DNA from: Octopus vulgaris
Lineage: Eukaryota
DNA: 64,000 nt
NCBI GenBank assembly: GCA_951406725.2
Contig: OX597829.1
Span: 25,234,001 to 25,298,000, forward strand
Direction: 5' to 3'
How positions within the stretch are numbered: position 1 is the first letter of the stretch; the number at the start of each line of letters is the position of its first letter. This document shows, piece after piece, positions 13,379-25,910 of the stretch. The translations under genes were made by a program, and so were the position numbers. The notes beneath the pieces are model-generated. The model did not search any database. It had not been told where the DNA came from and saw only the letters and a list, made by a program, of their open reading frames with translations.

Positions 13379-13477
13379 AGTTTTAGATGCCCTCATATAT
13401 TTTGGTGTAAAATCAAAAACACTTTCAAAAGAACCAGATCCAGGGACCTTTTCAAAACTTCTTTCTGGCTCATGTGG
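13379..13477 (-). CDS. eIF4G: eIF4G exon (PHEPERSFEKVPGSGSFESVFDFTPKYMRASKT)
   Basis: Contains the conserved DFTP motif; CAG acceptor, GTATGT donor, 99 nt, phase 0/0. Confidence 0.88.
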
Positions 13478-14038
13478 CTGAATAACAAAAGAGAAAATAC
13501 TGTTTGAAAAGAAAAACTCGAGTATTTTAAATCTAATCATATAACTTCATTGATGTTATTTTTGTTCTAGATCCTACCATTATAAATATATCAACTGATG
13601 TTATTTGAGAATAACTAAAATGGCTTAGTGCTACCAGCTTGCCAGTATAATAGTACAATCATGGACAGCTATTATAAAATACAGTGAAAAGTAAATTCCC
13701 AGTCCTTGCTGGCATAATACATTCAGAACATTAGTGATACAAGAATTACTTGCAGGCAGAGAAACATTTGAAACAAATAAATGAACGTGCTAAATGTATT
13801 TAATGACAATCCTTACAAGTATTTAAAAAATTTGGCAAAATAGATTTCTTTCACAAATTCTCACAGATGTTCATTGAAAAGATAGGAGCATTAACTGCTC
13901 AAATACTACATAGCTAGATGCTGGTTGAGTTAAATGATTGAAGTCAATTTGAAATTTTATATAACTGAAGCATGCAATACAACAATAGAATTTGGACAGG
14001 TGATATTGAATTGAATACATAAGGGAAAAAAAATTTAC

Positions 14039-14172
14039 TTTAGTTAATATAACATCAGGCAGGTCAGGGAGTCCCAGTGGCATTAAAACAGATTCATTTG
14101 CAAACTGCAATTTTAATAGAAAGTCTCGGTCATACTGCTTCTTTCGTTCGGGATGTAAAGGACTCCATTGGT
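14039..14172 (-). CDS. eIF4G: eIF4G exon with the canonical eIF4E-binding motif (DQWSPLHPERKKQYDRDFLLKLQF)
   Basis: YxxxxLphi motif YDRDFLL in the context known from human eIF4G1 ([24 protein letters not shown]); 134 nt, phase 1/0. Confidence 0.96.
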
Positions 14173-14464
14173 CTAAAAATTAAAAAAATTTTAATGTGTA
14201 GTAAAGAAAAAAATTTTTTTTAAATCCCAACTAAATCAATTACAATACATTCACATTACAAATATATTTCATCCACATATACACGCACACACACATACCC
14301 AAAACTATTTAAAAAGAGCTGAGAGTATACTTTTGCTTTAATTCATAATGAGAATTACTTCATTGTATATGTTATAAATGCTTCAAATGGAAGCTCAACT
14401 TTACATATCTCAACCAAATAAAATGTCAATGGAGCATTATTTGCAAACATAGTATTGAACTAAC

Positions 14465-14690
14465 CATCTTTGTACTTGTATCCTAAGATGCTTTCATCAG
14501 ATTCCTCAGCAGCATCTTCAATGTTCTTTGCTTCATTCTTCTCATTCTCATCGGCAACAACCTTATCTTCAATATTAATTACAATGCTCGTTACATCTTT
14601 TGCTTCTTCGGCTACCTTTTCTTCCTTCTCTATAACATTGGCAGTTTCAGATTGTTTCACAGGGTCTTTAACTTCTTCGGTTTCGGTATT
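14465..14690 (-). CDS. eIF4G: eIF4G exon (NTETEEVKDP...ESILGYKYKD)
   Basis: Acidic open frame ending in YKYKD, which precedes the conserved DQW motif; G|GTTAGT donor; 226 nt, phase 0/1. The acceptor position is less certain. Confidence 0.85.
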
Positions 14691-14952
14691 CTTTAAACAT
14701 TGAAAATGTAAAGGAGTTTGTGATTGTATTTCGATTGTATCTTCACTACCATTTGACAAATATTGGGCAGGTGACAATGACACGACAAAGAGTTAAAACC
14801 TATACTGACAATGTAGCCAATGATTATTATACTCAAAACATTTTATCTAAATTCATGCAATTTATAGTTTTATAATTTTTATCTTGGACTAACTACATTT
14901 CATAAAATTTCTCAAAACTTTATGAGTTAAAATTTGATAGTAATACACTCAC

Positions 14953-15047
14953 CTCTGGTTTCTCAACATTGTCATTTTCAGCTTCTTTAGTTTTCCCAAC
15001 ATTTAATGTCTCATTTACTTTTGTCTTTTCTTTCTTTGAATCCTTTG
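14953..15047 (-). CDS. eIF4G: eIF4G exon (KDSKKEKTKVNETLNVGKTKEAENDNVEKPE)
   Basis: TTTACAG acceptor, GAG|GTGAGT donor, 95 nt, phase 1/0. Confidence 0.88.
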
Positions 15048-16298
15048 CTGTAAATATAATGAATTTTATTTAAATCCAAACTGGAAAAGTAAAACTTAAA
15101 TAGCACAAATTTTGAAAACTTACCATCTACGTTGCAACAAAACACATTGAAGAACAGTGATTCTGAGAATGAAATTATTTTTGATTTGTACACATAGGAG
15201 TGATTTTATTTATTAAGTAATTAGGAATATATTTTAAATAATCGAACACTCCTGCATAGAAATTTAGACACAATATTGCAGTGGTTCCATCTTGTTGAAT
15301 ACTGAAGTTTTATTCAAAAATTCACACTAAAAGAGTGCATCATATCACTCAAAAGTATCAACCTTATGATAAACACAGGAAAGTATACATGTGAAGCAGA
15401 AGTAAGTTGCCTTGTTTACAAATGATGGACATACAAAATATTTCTATGTAAGTATAACATGACTCAACAATGTGAACATCTATTGATGAGTCTGAACTTA
15501 ATACAATGAGATTATACAACTGTTTTCTTGTTCAGAATCACAGCCCTCCTAGAGGTACACCTTACTTGCACTTTATATCTGTCGGCAACTACTTTGCAGA
15601 GTATACAATGTGGCACCAGGAGAGCTTTATGCACTTTTATATTGTATATATAATGTAATGAAGCGGGGAGTGGGGAGGAGAAAGTATATACACGATGCAC
15701 TAGTCCTATTACATGAGACTTGGCACTCTATATCATAGGCTCACAATGAACTGCTTACCAATACAAGCTCCTGATGACCCTGGAAATATTGCATCAAAGT
15801 ATTTGTAATCAAATTTATCACTGTTTCATTGTAATATGATTGGAGGTATGAAATAATGTTAAGAGAAAGGTAATGGAAGAGAGAATGTGATAGCTATAGG
15901 CTGGTGATTCAGAAGATCCAACATGGAATGAGACCACTGTTATGAAGTAATAATGAAGATGTTTGATAGCAAGGAATTGTAAATAAAGATAAGGTAATGA
16001 GCAGAGCAGTGCATTGAATAACAGCAGTAATGAAGAGCGAATCCATCCATCTCTCTCTTTCTCTCTAGAGCTACATTCACCATTATATTATGCACTATAA
16101 TCATTCAGACTTCAATTGACATATGACTGTTGCAGTCTTGGGCAATGTTACACATGTTGGTATTGAAGAAGTTAATGCAATCTTCTGTTCTGAAACTTTA
16201 TATAAATTTAAGACAGCTATTTTGTAATTCAAAAAGAAATTACTTATTAAACAAGTTAAAAATACAATTGTTAAATGTATGGAAAAAATATTCTACAT

Positions 16299-16600
16299 AG
16301 GCACAGGCATGGCTGCGTGGTAAGAAGCTTGTTTCCAAACTACATGATTCTGATTTGGGGCTGACCATAGCCTTGTAAGTGGATTTGATAGGCGGAAACT
16401 GAAAGAAGCCAATCGTGTGTGTGTGTGCACTGATGTTTGTGTGTCCAAAGCCCCCATGGAACTTAGCAGTTATGCAAAGGAGCCTGATAGAATAAGTACC
16501 AGGTTTACAAAGAATAAGTCTTAGGGTCAATTTCTTTGACTAAAAGACGGTGCTTCAGAATGGCCACAGTCAAATGATTGAAATAAGTAAAAGAATAAAT
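16299..16600 (+). mobile_element. tRNA-derived SINE (family repeated through the window)
   Basis: Head GGCACAGGCATGGCTGCGTGGTAAGAAGCTTG, core GGAAACTGAAAGAAGCC, tail GAAATAAGTAAAAGAATAAA; copies at 25525, 29111, 43865, 55785 and 60262. Confidence 0.8.
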
Positions 16601-17055
16601 GAACATGATCAACCAATTTACAGGGTGGACTGAACCCTTTTTGTATTTTGTCACTCCTACAAGGTAGGTCACATCTAATAGGACAAGAGAATAATCAACA
16701 TTCTGTACAAGAGAAGTGTTTTGCTTCAGCTCTCAAGAAAACAGTTTTATGGATCTCAAAATGTAGAATATTGCAAAGTTATTGAATTATCACCTAAAAA
16801 ACATGACATGTCAAATGATATATCCATTTTTCACTGAAACAAATACGATTAAGAAGTAAATATATATAAACCCAATCCATATTTGTTTTTCAAATTATAT
16901 AGAAGATTAAAAATTCTCAAACATTCCTCAAAACACACCATAGAAAAGCCAATTTAAAAGAAAAAGATGCCTTGATAAAGCATAAGTTAAGCCAGCTATT
17001 TAGACAAATTTAAAATCATAATTCACATTTACTATATAAATCTGATGCTATTTAA

Positions 17056-17259
17056 GCCTTTAAGTATTCATATTACTGTCAAATGCAATTCTTATTTATT
17101 CACATTGTTTTGAATTAATTATGCAACAGATTCAAGACTTCAATGATGTGATTATCTTCAGAATGACATTGTGGGATAGGTGTTAAGAGCTGAATTTGGC
17201 CTTTTTAAACAAAACGGAGAATATTTGAGTGGGATGTGGCTAGTTTAAATACCAAAGGA
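17056..17259. mobile_element. TTAA-flanked piggyBac-like MITE (second copy at 20041-20226)
   Basis: Shared core CACATTGTTTTGAATTAAT...AGAATGACATTGT; degenerate CCCTTTAG...TAAAGGG ends with TTAA. Confidence 0.65.
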
Positions 17260-17337
17260 TTAAACAAAAAATTTTAATATTGCTGGAAAGTGATGTATGT
17301 GTTTCAAAATACTGTAACCACAGTAAGAAAAACTTAC

Positions 17338-18601
17338 TAGTTTCTTCTGCAGAGTTTTCTGGGGGTGGCTGAACACTTGCACTTTCACTCTCATCAACTA
17401 CTACTTTCGTTTCAGAAATATTTTCACCACCGACAACATTCTTTTCAGTATCAACTTCTATTTTCTCTTCTTCATTCAAAGCAGGAGGCTGTTCTTTTTT
17501 CAAGGGCTCTTCTTTAGTTTCATTTACCACATCATCTGATTCGATATTTACTGGTTTCACTGCCTCTGTGTGTACAGGCTCTTGCTGATTAGTATCTGGT
17601 GGTAGAGCTTCAGGTAAGGGTTGTTTTGATAGCAATGGTTGCGGGTGGGCAACCAGTTGTGAAGAATCATCCAGATGTCTATCTGGGGAATCATCTTTTT
17701 TTAAGGCTCCTGATGTTGAAACTGCTGGATAAACAACTTCATTATAAGACTCAGTTTTAACAATTCCTTCTGGGTTTTCTAAATCAAGTGCTGAATTAAA
17801 TTGCTGTTGCTGCAAACTTGGCACTGGTGCCATCAGGGAATTTTGAATCACTTCATGAGAAACTTTTTGCTGCAAATATGTTTGTTGAATCTCTTGTGAA
17901 GGCAGTGAATTTGCAATGAATTGAGGGGGTTGATGTGGCAGAGTTTGAGGTTGGCATACAGATGAAGGAACTTGGGTTGCTGGTGACAACCCTCGTTTCG
18001 AAGCTTGAGGCATTGAAGGATTAATTCTTGGTTGAACAGGCTGCTGCTCAGACATTTGCGATTGCTGCATAGGACAGACCTGCAATGATGCGGGCTGTGA
18101 TGGTGGAGGATGTATTTGCAAGGAATGAGCTGGCTGGGAATTTTTGAACATCTGTGGTGGATGCTTTGGTTGACTAACTGTCTGTTGGGCAGGTGGCGAA
18201 ACTGGAGGTGAGAGCTGCGTAGGTGTAGTATGTGGCTGATTAGGTACCAGATCTTGAGCCTGAGAAGACATTTGAGGCATATATTTGATGCAAGAATTCT
18301 CGGGTATCTTTTGTGGATTACCAGAAAAGTTTGCTACATTCATAACATTTGTAGATTCAAGCTGTCCACCAGGAGGGCTTTTACTAGTCTGCCTTCGCTG
18401 TCCTTGTGGTGTTACTGGGCGTTGAACAGCCAGAGGTGGTTGTGCAATCTGAGATGTAGCTTGATGATGAGATGGTAACTGTTGTACTGGACCTCCTGGC
18501 ATCTGAAGAGACGTAAGCTGGAAATTTTGATTTTGTGATTTTAATGTAGCTGCAACTTGTGCTGCAAACTGTGCACGCATATCACCACCACCTGATCCGC
18601 C
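17338..18601 (-). CDS. eIF4G: eIF4G large exon, Q/P-rich then acidic disordered linker
   Basis: 1264-nt open frame (ORF 17240..18580), TTTCTTAG acceptor, A|GTAAGT donor, phase 0/1. Confidence 0.93.
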
Positions 18602-18801
18602 CTAAGAAATAAAATTACAAAATTTTAATTCAGAGAGGGAAACATTTAGAGTATGTTGTAGGAAATTTACATGCTTTGTAAAAAAGAAAACAAAAATTAC
18701 AATACTGTCTTCCAACACATTTTCTCAAAATTTCACAATTTCATTTTGACTTTAAAAGAAATCATTTACCAAAATTCAAAATATGTGACAAAAATAAATA
18801 C

Positions 18802-18941
18802 CCCTGAACCATCAGGTGCCTGCCTAGTACTCCTAATTTCATCAGAAATATCTTTGCCAGTACTTGGATCAACTATTTTTATTTTACTGCTGCCTCGTTT
18901 TCTTTGTTGGGTCCTTGGCATCGGGTAATTAGGATAATACA
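18802..18941 (-). CDS. eIF4G: eIF4G exon containing the PABP-binding motif (RKRGSSKIKIVDPSTGKDISDEIRS)
   Basis: Resembles the metazoan eIF4G PABP-binding motif (human [23 protein letters not shown]); 140 nt, phase 1/0, canonical splice sites. Confidence 0.92.
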
Positions 18942-19152
18942 CTGAAAACAAAAGAGTAAACACATTAAAGTAATAAAATCCAGGATTTTTCATACAAAAA
19001 AGGAAAAAATGCATCTAAATAATTGAACTATCAAATCAGCCAATTGTATATACATATACACTAAAATTAAACACTTCAAGATTCTTATTTCAAATTTTGG
19101 TCCAGTCAGAGAGGGATTAGAAATCTTTCAAGTGAATTTAGTATTTTTTTAA

Positions 19153-19372
19153 CCCTTTCGTTACTGTATTTAGTTTGAGATGTTCTGTGTTTCTTTCAAT
19201 TACTTTAAATATAACAAAGAATTTAGTAAGTTAACTTAGTTATCATTCAGCTAGTGTTAGGAGCTTAAATTGTGACTAAAATTAGGTGGAAGATTTTAAT
19301 TCAAATCTTATGAAAACAAGACATTTGTACTCAGAGCCAGAGCCAGTTTCAGCCGGGTTGGTAACGAAAGGG
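19153..19372 (-). mobile_element. 220-bp piggyBac MITE
   Basis: Perfect TIRs CCCTTTCGTTAC / GTAACGAAAGGG; TTAA at 19149-19152 and 19373-19376. Confidence 0.92.
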
Positions 19373-19415
19373 TTAACCCTTTCATTACCAACCCGGCTGA
19401 AACTCTTAGATTTAA

Positions 19416-19940
19416 CTCTTGATACCAACCCATCCATAGCTGACAGAGAATTAAAATGCTGAACAATACCTATCTGTCTGAATCCAGCTGAAACAACCTA
19501 TTCATAGTGAAATATGAATTTCAATGCAAATTTTTTTAGTACATTCGTAAAAACAGGTTTCACTGTGTAAACAATTGAGTTACACTGTCCAACATTATTT
19601 TAGAAGATCTGAGTGTAGGGAATTTTCGGAGATACTTGTTTCTCCACTTTGATTTTCTGAAATGTTTCACTATGGATGAAAACTGGATACCAGTTTCATA
19701 TTGTCAAGCAGTGAGTTTGAAGTATTTTTGAAAGAAGACAAAAAAAATCTATGAAAATATATGGTGAACATAAAAACCACATGAGTGATTATGAACAGGA
19801 TATTTTTTTCTCAAAAGTGAAACAATTCTAACAGTTAAGATAGCAAGGAGGGGGGGAAATGGAATTTGTACCTAAATATAATAGGAATTTAAAAACTCAG
19901 TTATTTTTAAAGTCTTTGCAAGAAAACCAAACTGTTAGAT
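19416..19940 (+). mobile_element. 5' fragment of the older piggyBac family
   Basis: TTAA then CTCTTGATACC; colinear with 9064-9680 (TTTTCTGAAATGTTTCACTATGGATGAAAACTGGAT). Confidence 0.8.
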
Positions 19941-20040
19941 TTGCTACTTGCGTTTAGTGAATTCATACACTATCAATAAGGAATATGATGCACAAAATAT
20001 TTTGATTTACACAAATAGATGGCTTCAGGAAATGTTTAAC

Positions 20041-20226
20041 CCTTAGCATACAGATTATTGTCAAATGTAATGCACATTTATCTACATTGTTTTGAATTAA
20101 TCCTGCAATATCTTGTAACTTCAAGATTTTCATATGATCTGTTAATTTTAGAATGATATTGTAGGATAGGTGTGAAGCCAGAGCTTGCCAGTTTGGGTGT
20201 GTATGGTTGGTTTAAATACTGAAGTG
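20041..20226. mobile_element. TTAA-flanked piggyBac-like MITE
   Basis: TTAA CCCTTAGCAT...ATACTGAAGTG TTAA; homologous to 17056-17259. Confidence 0.65.
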
Positions 20227-20286
20227 TTAAAATGTAAATTAGCAAACCAGAGAAATGAGTAAAAGAAATATTTAAAACATATTTAC

Positions 20287-20407
20287 TTGCACTTGGTGCA
20301 GCAGAAGGATAAAACGGCTGGTTTGTAGCAGCTGCAGCCATCTGGAAAGTTTGCTGAGGCTGGTTCGAGAATGGGGGTGTTGGTATTCTTTGACCAGATG
20401 ATGCATA
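20287..20407 (-). CDS. eIF4G: eIF4G exon (YASSGQRIPTPPFSNQPQQTFQMAAAATNQPFYPSAAPSA)
   Basis: TTTTGCAG acceptor, GTAAAT donor, 121 nt, phase 0/1. Confidence 0.85.
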
Positions 20408-20848
20408 CTGCAAAATTATTGCAGAAGAAAAAAATAACTCAAGTTACTTCTAAATTTCTAATTACTTCAATGTTAATTCACTATTACATATATGTGATGA
20501 TCTCAAAGAATAAATGAAGAACTTTATATTCTTCAAATAATACCAAATTTGAATTTATTGCATAACCTAACTCTCAAAATTTATCTATAGCTTTTATTGC
20601 AAGTTACAAAAATCAAAATGGCCTTATCTTTCTGATAATTATAAGTTAAATAATCCTTTCAGACCACAAACATTTAACAAATAAGTTAATTCTTAATTAT
20701 AGAGCACTTTCAGTTATAGAAAATGTACAATTTACAAAATGTTAATAACAGTAAAAATCCATTCTCATAATTTGAATGGGTCTGATCCCATTATCTGAAA
20801 CCATTCAAAAGATGTTATCATTGGCACAAAAGGAGAAAAAATACTTAC

Positions 20849-20998
20849 AGGCATCACTTGGGTAGGGCTCATTAGAGTAGATGATGCATATGATTGGGTT
20901 GTCTGAGGCAATCCATAGACATAAGTTGTTCTTGGTTGTTGAAGCTGGGCATAATTTCTTGCATTTGGCACATTCTGAGGGTTGTTATTGAAATAATT
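20849..20998 (-). CDS. eIF4G: eIF4G exon (NYFNNNPQNVPNARNYAQLQQPRTTYVYGLPQTTQSYASSTLMSPTQVMP)
   Basis: CAG acceptor, GTAAGT donor, 150 nt, phase 0/0. Confidence 0.85.
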
Positions 20999-21300
20999 CT
21001 GAAATGGTAGTCATATTAAATATTTTAAAATGCTAGAAAATTGCGAGATGTATAAATTTTAAGCCTTCAACTTTAGAATAATAAATAGGATTTAAAATAA
21101 AGTATAAAAATTAATACATCATATCTTGATCATTAATATCACTTTTTTTTAATGCATTTCAAGATATTTGGGAAAGAAAGGCACAATTTCACTAAAAACC
21201 AAAATTCTTTGTCATCAAAACATTTATTGGGAACTTCTAGATTTTTCAATCCAGGATGCAGCAACATATCACTATCTTTCTTTGGTTTCATATGGATTAA

Positions 21301-21490
21301 CCCTTTTGTTCTGAACCTACCTGTAGACCCTCAAAAAAACAATTTTGTTATCATCACCAAACTGCTCGTACCCTTAACTCCTGAAATGATCTATTCATAT
21401 TTTAATGAGAATTTTAGCACAAATCTCATAAGTGAAATGTGCTTTCACAAATGTACTAATGTAAAAACACACGATTTCCTTGTTTACTAA
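21301..21490 (+). mobile_element. piggyBac left-end fragment
   Basis: TTAA CCCTTTTGTT plus CTATTCATATTTTAATGAGAA shared with 10530-10550. Confidence 0.6.
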
Positions 21491-22380
21491 TGGTTCCCAA
21501 AATTTTACAGACTGCTGTCCCTCAGGCACGCAAGCCACATTTTTAGTGCCCCCCCCCCACACACACACAAACAAACACTGGCTTCTTTTTCCGTTTCAAA
21601 TTCAAAGCAAATGTATTTCACAAATAAGACAATCTAACTAACCATTATTTTGTTTATTTTACAATATGAACTAAATCCACATCCCACCTGCATATTTTTA
21701 ATGCAATTGCTTTATATTGCGCAGGGATATCAACTTCTCAACATCTGGCTGAAAAGTACTAAGAAGTAGTCTTAGTTCCCTCCATTCAATAATTTTCAGA
21801 GCAACTACACTGAAACACTGCTCTACAAAGTATGTTGGGAAGGTAATAAAGTACATCTTGCCTGTTCCACAGGGCAGGGTAGCAGTTAGAAATGTTCTTT
21901 TGCAAACAAAAATCTCAACATACTTTTTCTTCTTTTTAAAAATTTTGGCTTCAGCTCGATGTCAGTTTGTATGCATAAACCTTGATTCTATTTACTGCTG
22001 TGAGAACAGTGCTCACTGATTTATGTCTACCAACCAATTTATTTGCAACCAGATGTTGCCTATGGATTATAAAGTATTGTAGACACGTTAAGTATAACTT
22101 TTTCAGTAAACTGATGAAGCCACAATAACACCCTACCGTCAATGATATCCCATCTATTGCTCAAATACAAAATATTGATTCATCCTATATCTGTTTCTAG
22201 TTGTCATACCAATAATAGCTCTTGGACCAAATGTTAATTAATCTTTGATGTAGTAAACATAAAACATTTGGCAAAGGGAACTAATCTAAATGTAAGCTAA
22301 GTATGTTGCACAATATATCTTTAATGTTATAGTATTCCACATTTTTGAAACATCTGTGATATGCATTTTTAGAGAAAAGA

Positions 22381-23450
22381 CTAGCTTAAGGTGACCCGCT
22401 CATTGCATGGTTGTGATGTTCTGTTTCTTAAATCTTGCCTTAATTTTCAAAATTTCGAACCCATTTTCTGCGCTTAAATTACAAATCCACTTCCACTTTA
22501 CCATGTTGAAAATTTGACTCAAATTGGGCAAAAGGTGTCCAGTCTAGACCCCCAAGTGTCCCCAAAAATCAATAAAATCCCCATTTTCACAGCAAAGCAA
22601 CCACTGTAGTGCCCCCAAAATGTCTCCCAATCAATTTCTCACCTCAAGTTACCCCTCCTGTAATTTTTAATCCCCTTCCAGCCCCATTTACACCCCTTTT
22701 TACATAAAAATCCAATTTGTATCAACGTACGCCTTCTTCATTTATTAGATTAGACTAGCTTAAGGTGACCTGCTCTACGCGCGGGTAAGTGTGGTTTCTG
22801 TTGCTTCCTTTCTGTTTTTTATCACCACATTCTCCCTCTGTTTCTCTCTAACTTTTCTACTCTTACTTTCTCTCAGACTCTCCCTTGCTTTCTCTTACTC
22901 TCTCCCATTTATAAACAACAAACGATCTTGAGTAAGCTGAGAAAGAAAATATTTTGAAAGATCAATCATAAATATCAGGCAGTAACAATGGAAAGGTCTG
23001 ATTCAAGGCAGACAGCAAAACACTAACATTTAAAAGGGACAGATGAACTTGCGAGCTGAATAATAATAAAAAAAATATTGGAAACCAAAGTTTGAAGGGA
23101 TAGAATCTGAGGATTAGTAGACTCACCATGCCTGTCATTTCTTAACGACGGACAGCAACGTAGTGGTAGTTTAACAGCTGGCGTAAAATTTTGAATTTCA
23201 TGTAAAAGAAAATTCCCAAACACCCGCTCCTGTAAATTTTAATCCCCTTCCAGCCCCATTTAGACCCCCTTTTCACATTTTGGTTAATATAACCCAATTT
23301 CATTCGCGTCTACTCGGGCCACATTTTATAAGATGAGGAATTTTGTCCTAGAGGAAAAAAATAGTTGCCATGCAAACTCGCCAGCACTTTTAACATAGGT
23401 GTGCATATTTTCAGCTCAACCGACCACATAACGCACACATTATATATATA
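22381..23450 (-). mobile_element. Two head-to-tail non-autonomous Helitron-like elements (22381-22754 and 22755 to about 23450)
   Basis: Both end on the minus strand in GGTCACCTTAAGCTAG with a subterminal hairpin; junction reads CTAG|TC; shared core TTTAATCCCCTTCCAGCCCCATTTA. Confidence 0.7.
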
Positions 23451-23719
23451 TATAATGTGTGTGTGTGTACGCATTATATATACATATTTATATATAGAAC
23501 ACACAAACATATAAATTAACCCAATAAATATCTGATTCATAATATTTGTTCTCATGATTGTGTCGTGGTAGTGTCGATAATTCTCTCTATGAATGCAGAC
23601 AGGCGTAGAGAGAGAGGGAGGATGTGGGAGAAATAGTGACAGCGCTAGCGAAGACGGAAAGATAGTAGACGCTGTGAAACAACGTTATAGAGAAAGTGAA
23701 AGAAAGGGAGGAAAGAGAG

Positions 23720-24222
23720 AGAGAGATGGAGGAAGACAGGCAGATAAGAGAATGAGAGTAGACTTGTCAAAGCGTGCGTTTTTTGCCCTAGTAACACCTT
23801 TTAAGATAAGGATTTCTAACCTAGCCCACTTACATCCTCACCTCATTTTACATGTCCCTGTAAATTTGAGTCAATCCGACGGGATCTAGTGCCCTTTAAC
23901 CCGTTCCAATGCCAAAACCAAACAAACTTTTCGCATTTTAGATTTATAGATATTGATGAAGAGTGGAGGGAAGGAAAGAAAGAGAGATGGAGGAAGACAG
24001 GGTGGTATCCAAAAGAGAGAAACGACAAACACTTGTCAAAGTCTGGGTTTTGTTGCCCTAGTAACCATAACTTTCGAGATGGGGGTTTCTAACCTAGTCC
24101 AGTCGCTTCCATGCCTTTTTTTTAGATATCCGTGTAAATTTTGGAGTCAATCCGACCCCATCTACACCATTCCTATCCCAAAATGAGACAAATTTTTTGC
24201 TTTTCAGCTTTATAGATATTGA
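23720..24222. repeat. Two diverged direct repeats of about 250 bp
   Basis: AGAGAGATGGAGGAAGACAGG...TTGCCCTAGTAAC...GAGTCAATCCGAC...TTTATAGATATTGAT occurs twice. Confidence 0.8.
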
Positions 24223-25524
24223 TTACATACAATTAAATCACACAAAAAGAAAACATGGAGAAAGAGAGATTCCAGTTTATGCATATGTTTTTTTCAAAAT
24301 TTTTTGTTGTAAGAATACAGATAAATTATAGAATATCACCCTTTTCAAATGGTATTCAAAAAACCACATTGGTAAGTTGATAAATGAAAGAGTTGTTTTA
24401 TGCAACCAGTCTAAATTCATGATTGTTTTAGAATAAAATTGTGGAGCATAATTCAGTTTGCAATATAGTAACAAAAGGTAAAGAAAGCAGATAACTTCTT
24501 TTAAAGTAAATTTGAGCTATGTTTACATCAAATTAACATTAAAAAAGCAAATATAATTATTGAATTCTAAGTTTGATACAAGCATACAATTTCTGATTAA
24601 GGGTAGTAAATTTAAAAGAAACCAGATATGCTTGATACTTGTCTTATAATACTAAAAGATAAAGTCAATTTGATATGTATTTAAACTAGGATTTAAACTA
24701 AAATGCATAGGAATTTATATAAGCAATCTGCAAAGCAGCTTTAAATTTCTCTTGATCATATCTGCCTTATTAAGAGCTCTGTAATTTACAGATCTTATGC
24801 GCAGTTGTTGACAACTACTTTGCATTGTCAAAAAGCTGTTTAAGATCCAGGTGCTACATTTCATTCTTGTAGAACATTTCAATATTTGGCAAAACCAAAC
24901 TGCCAATCAGGTAAATGCAAAAGTTACAATAAAAAAGATAAAACCAATGCATTACTTTCAAATCAACATTGCTATAAAAGCTTTTGCAAGAGATCTACAA
25001 GGAAACAATGCACATTTCACAAGAACAATTATATGTAACACAATAATTATCTGAAGAACTAACGTAAAGATAAAATTAAACCTAATGAGATTCATTAGAA
25101 ATGAAGAGAAAAAGATTTGACAACTCCCAAACAAGTGGGAATAAACAGCCATTAAAAATTTGGTGTTTTATAATATCACATACCAAACTGAAGAACTAAT
25201 TCAGTGTAATACATTTCCATCTGTCTTGTAGTCATGAAATGGTAATGTACAATCAAATAGCTGAACATCAACAGAAGAGACAGAAGCAATACTCATGGCA
25301 CATTACAATGCTATGGCCCTGACTGCTACACAGAGGAAGCGATACATTCCAACATCACTTCATTGTGAAAACAGCACTATGAATGATCCTGGTATCAGCA
25401 ATTTTACCATCCTCATCCAAGGGAGAGTGTAAGGAACCTATATGTAAATGAAAAAACCTTGGGAGGTGAGGACACCAAGGCAATCATATTCAATATAACA
25501 TGCCTAAAAGAAAGCCGTTCCCTA

Positions 25525-25910
25525 TCTTTTATTTTTTTACTTGTTTCAGTCATTAGATTGCAGCCATGCTGAGAGAGCCTTGAAACAATTTGTCAACTGA
25601 ATCAACTCCAGTATTTAATTTTTTTCTTAAGCCTGGCATTTATTCTATTGGTGTCTTTTGCCAAGCCATTAAGTTACAGGGGATGTAAACACACCAACAC
25701 CAGTTGTCGAGCGATGTAGAGGGACAAACAGACACACACATGTATACACACATGACTGGCGTCTTTCAGTTTAAATCTACCAGATCCACTCTCAAGGCTT
25801 TTGTCAGCTCGAGGCTATAGTAGAATAACTTGGCCATGGTGCCATGCAGTGGGACTGAACCTGCAACCAGGTAGTAAGGAAGCTACTTACCACACAGCCA
25901 CACCTGCACC
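25525..25910 (-). mobile_element. tRNA-derived SINE
   Basis: Reverse complement of the 16299-16600 family (TTACTTGTTTCAGTCATT...CTTACCACACAGCCAC). Confidence 0.8.

Noticed and set aside
14691-14783. Upstream extension of the 14465-14690 exon (the ORF stays open)
   Set aside because: Upstream AG sites are out of phase with the preceding exon and have weak pyrimidine tracts.
18230-18478. Plus-strand ORFs opposite eIF4G exons (also 14470-14703)
   Set aside because: Antisense shadows of real coding exons.
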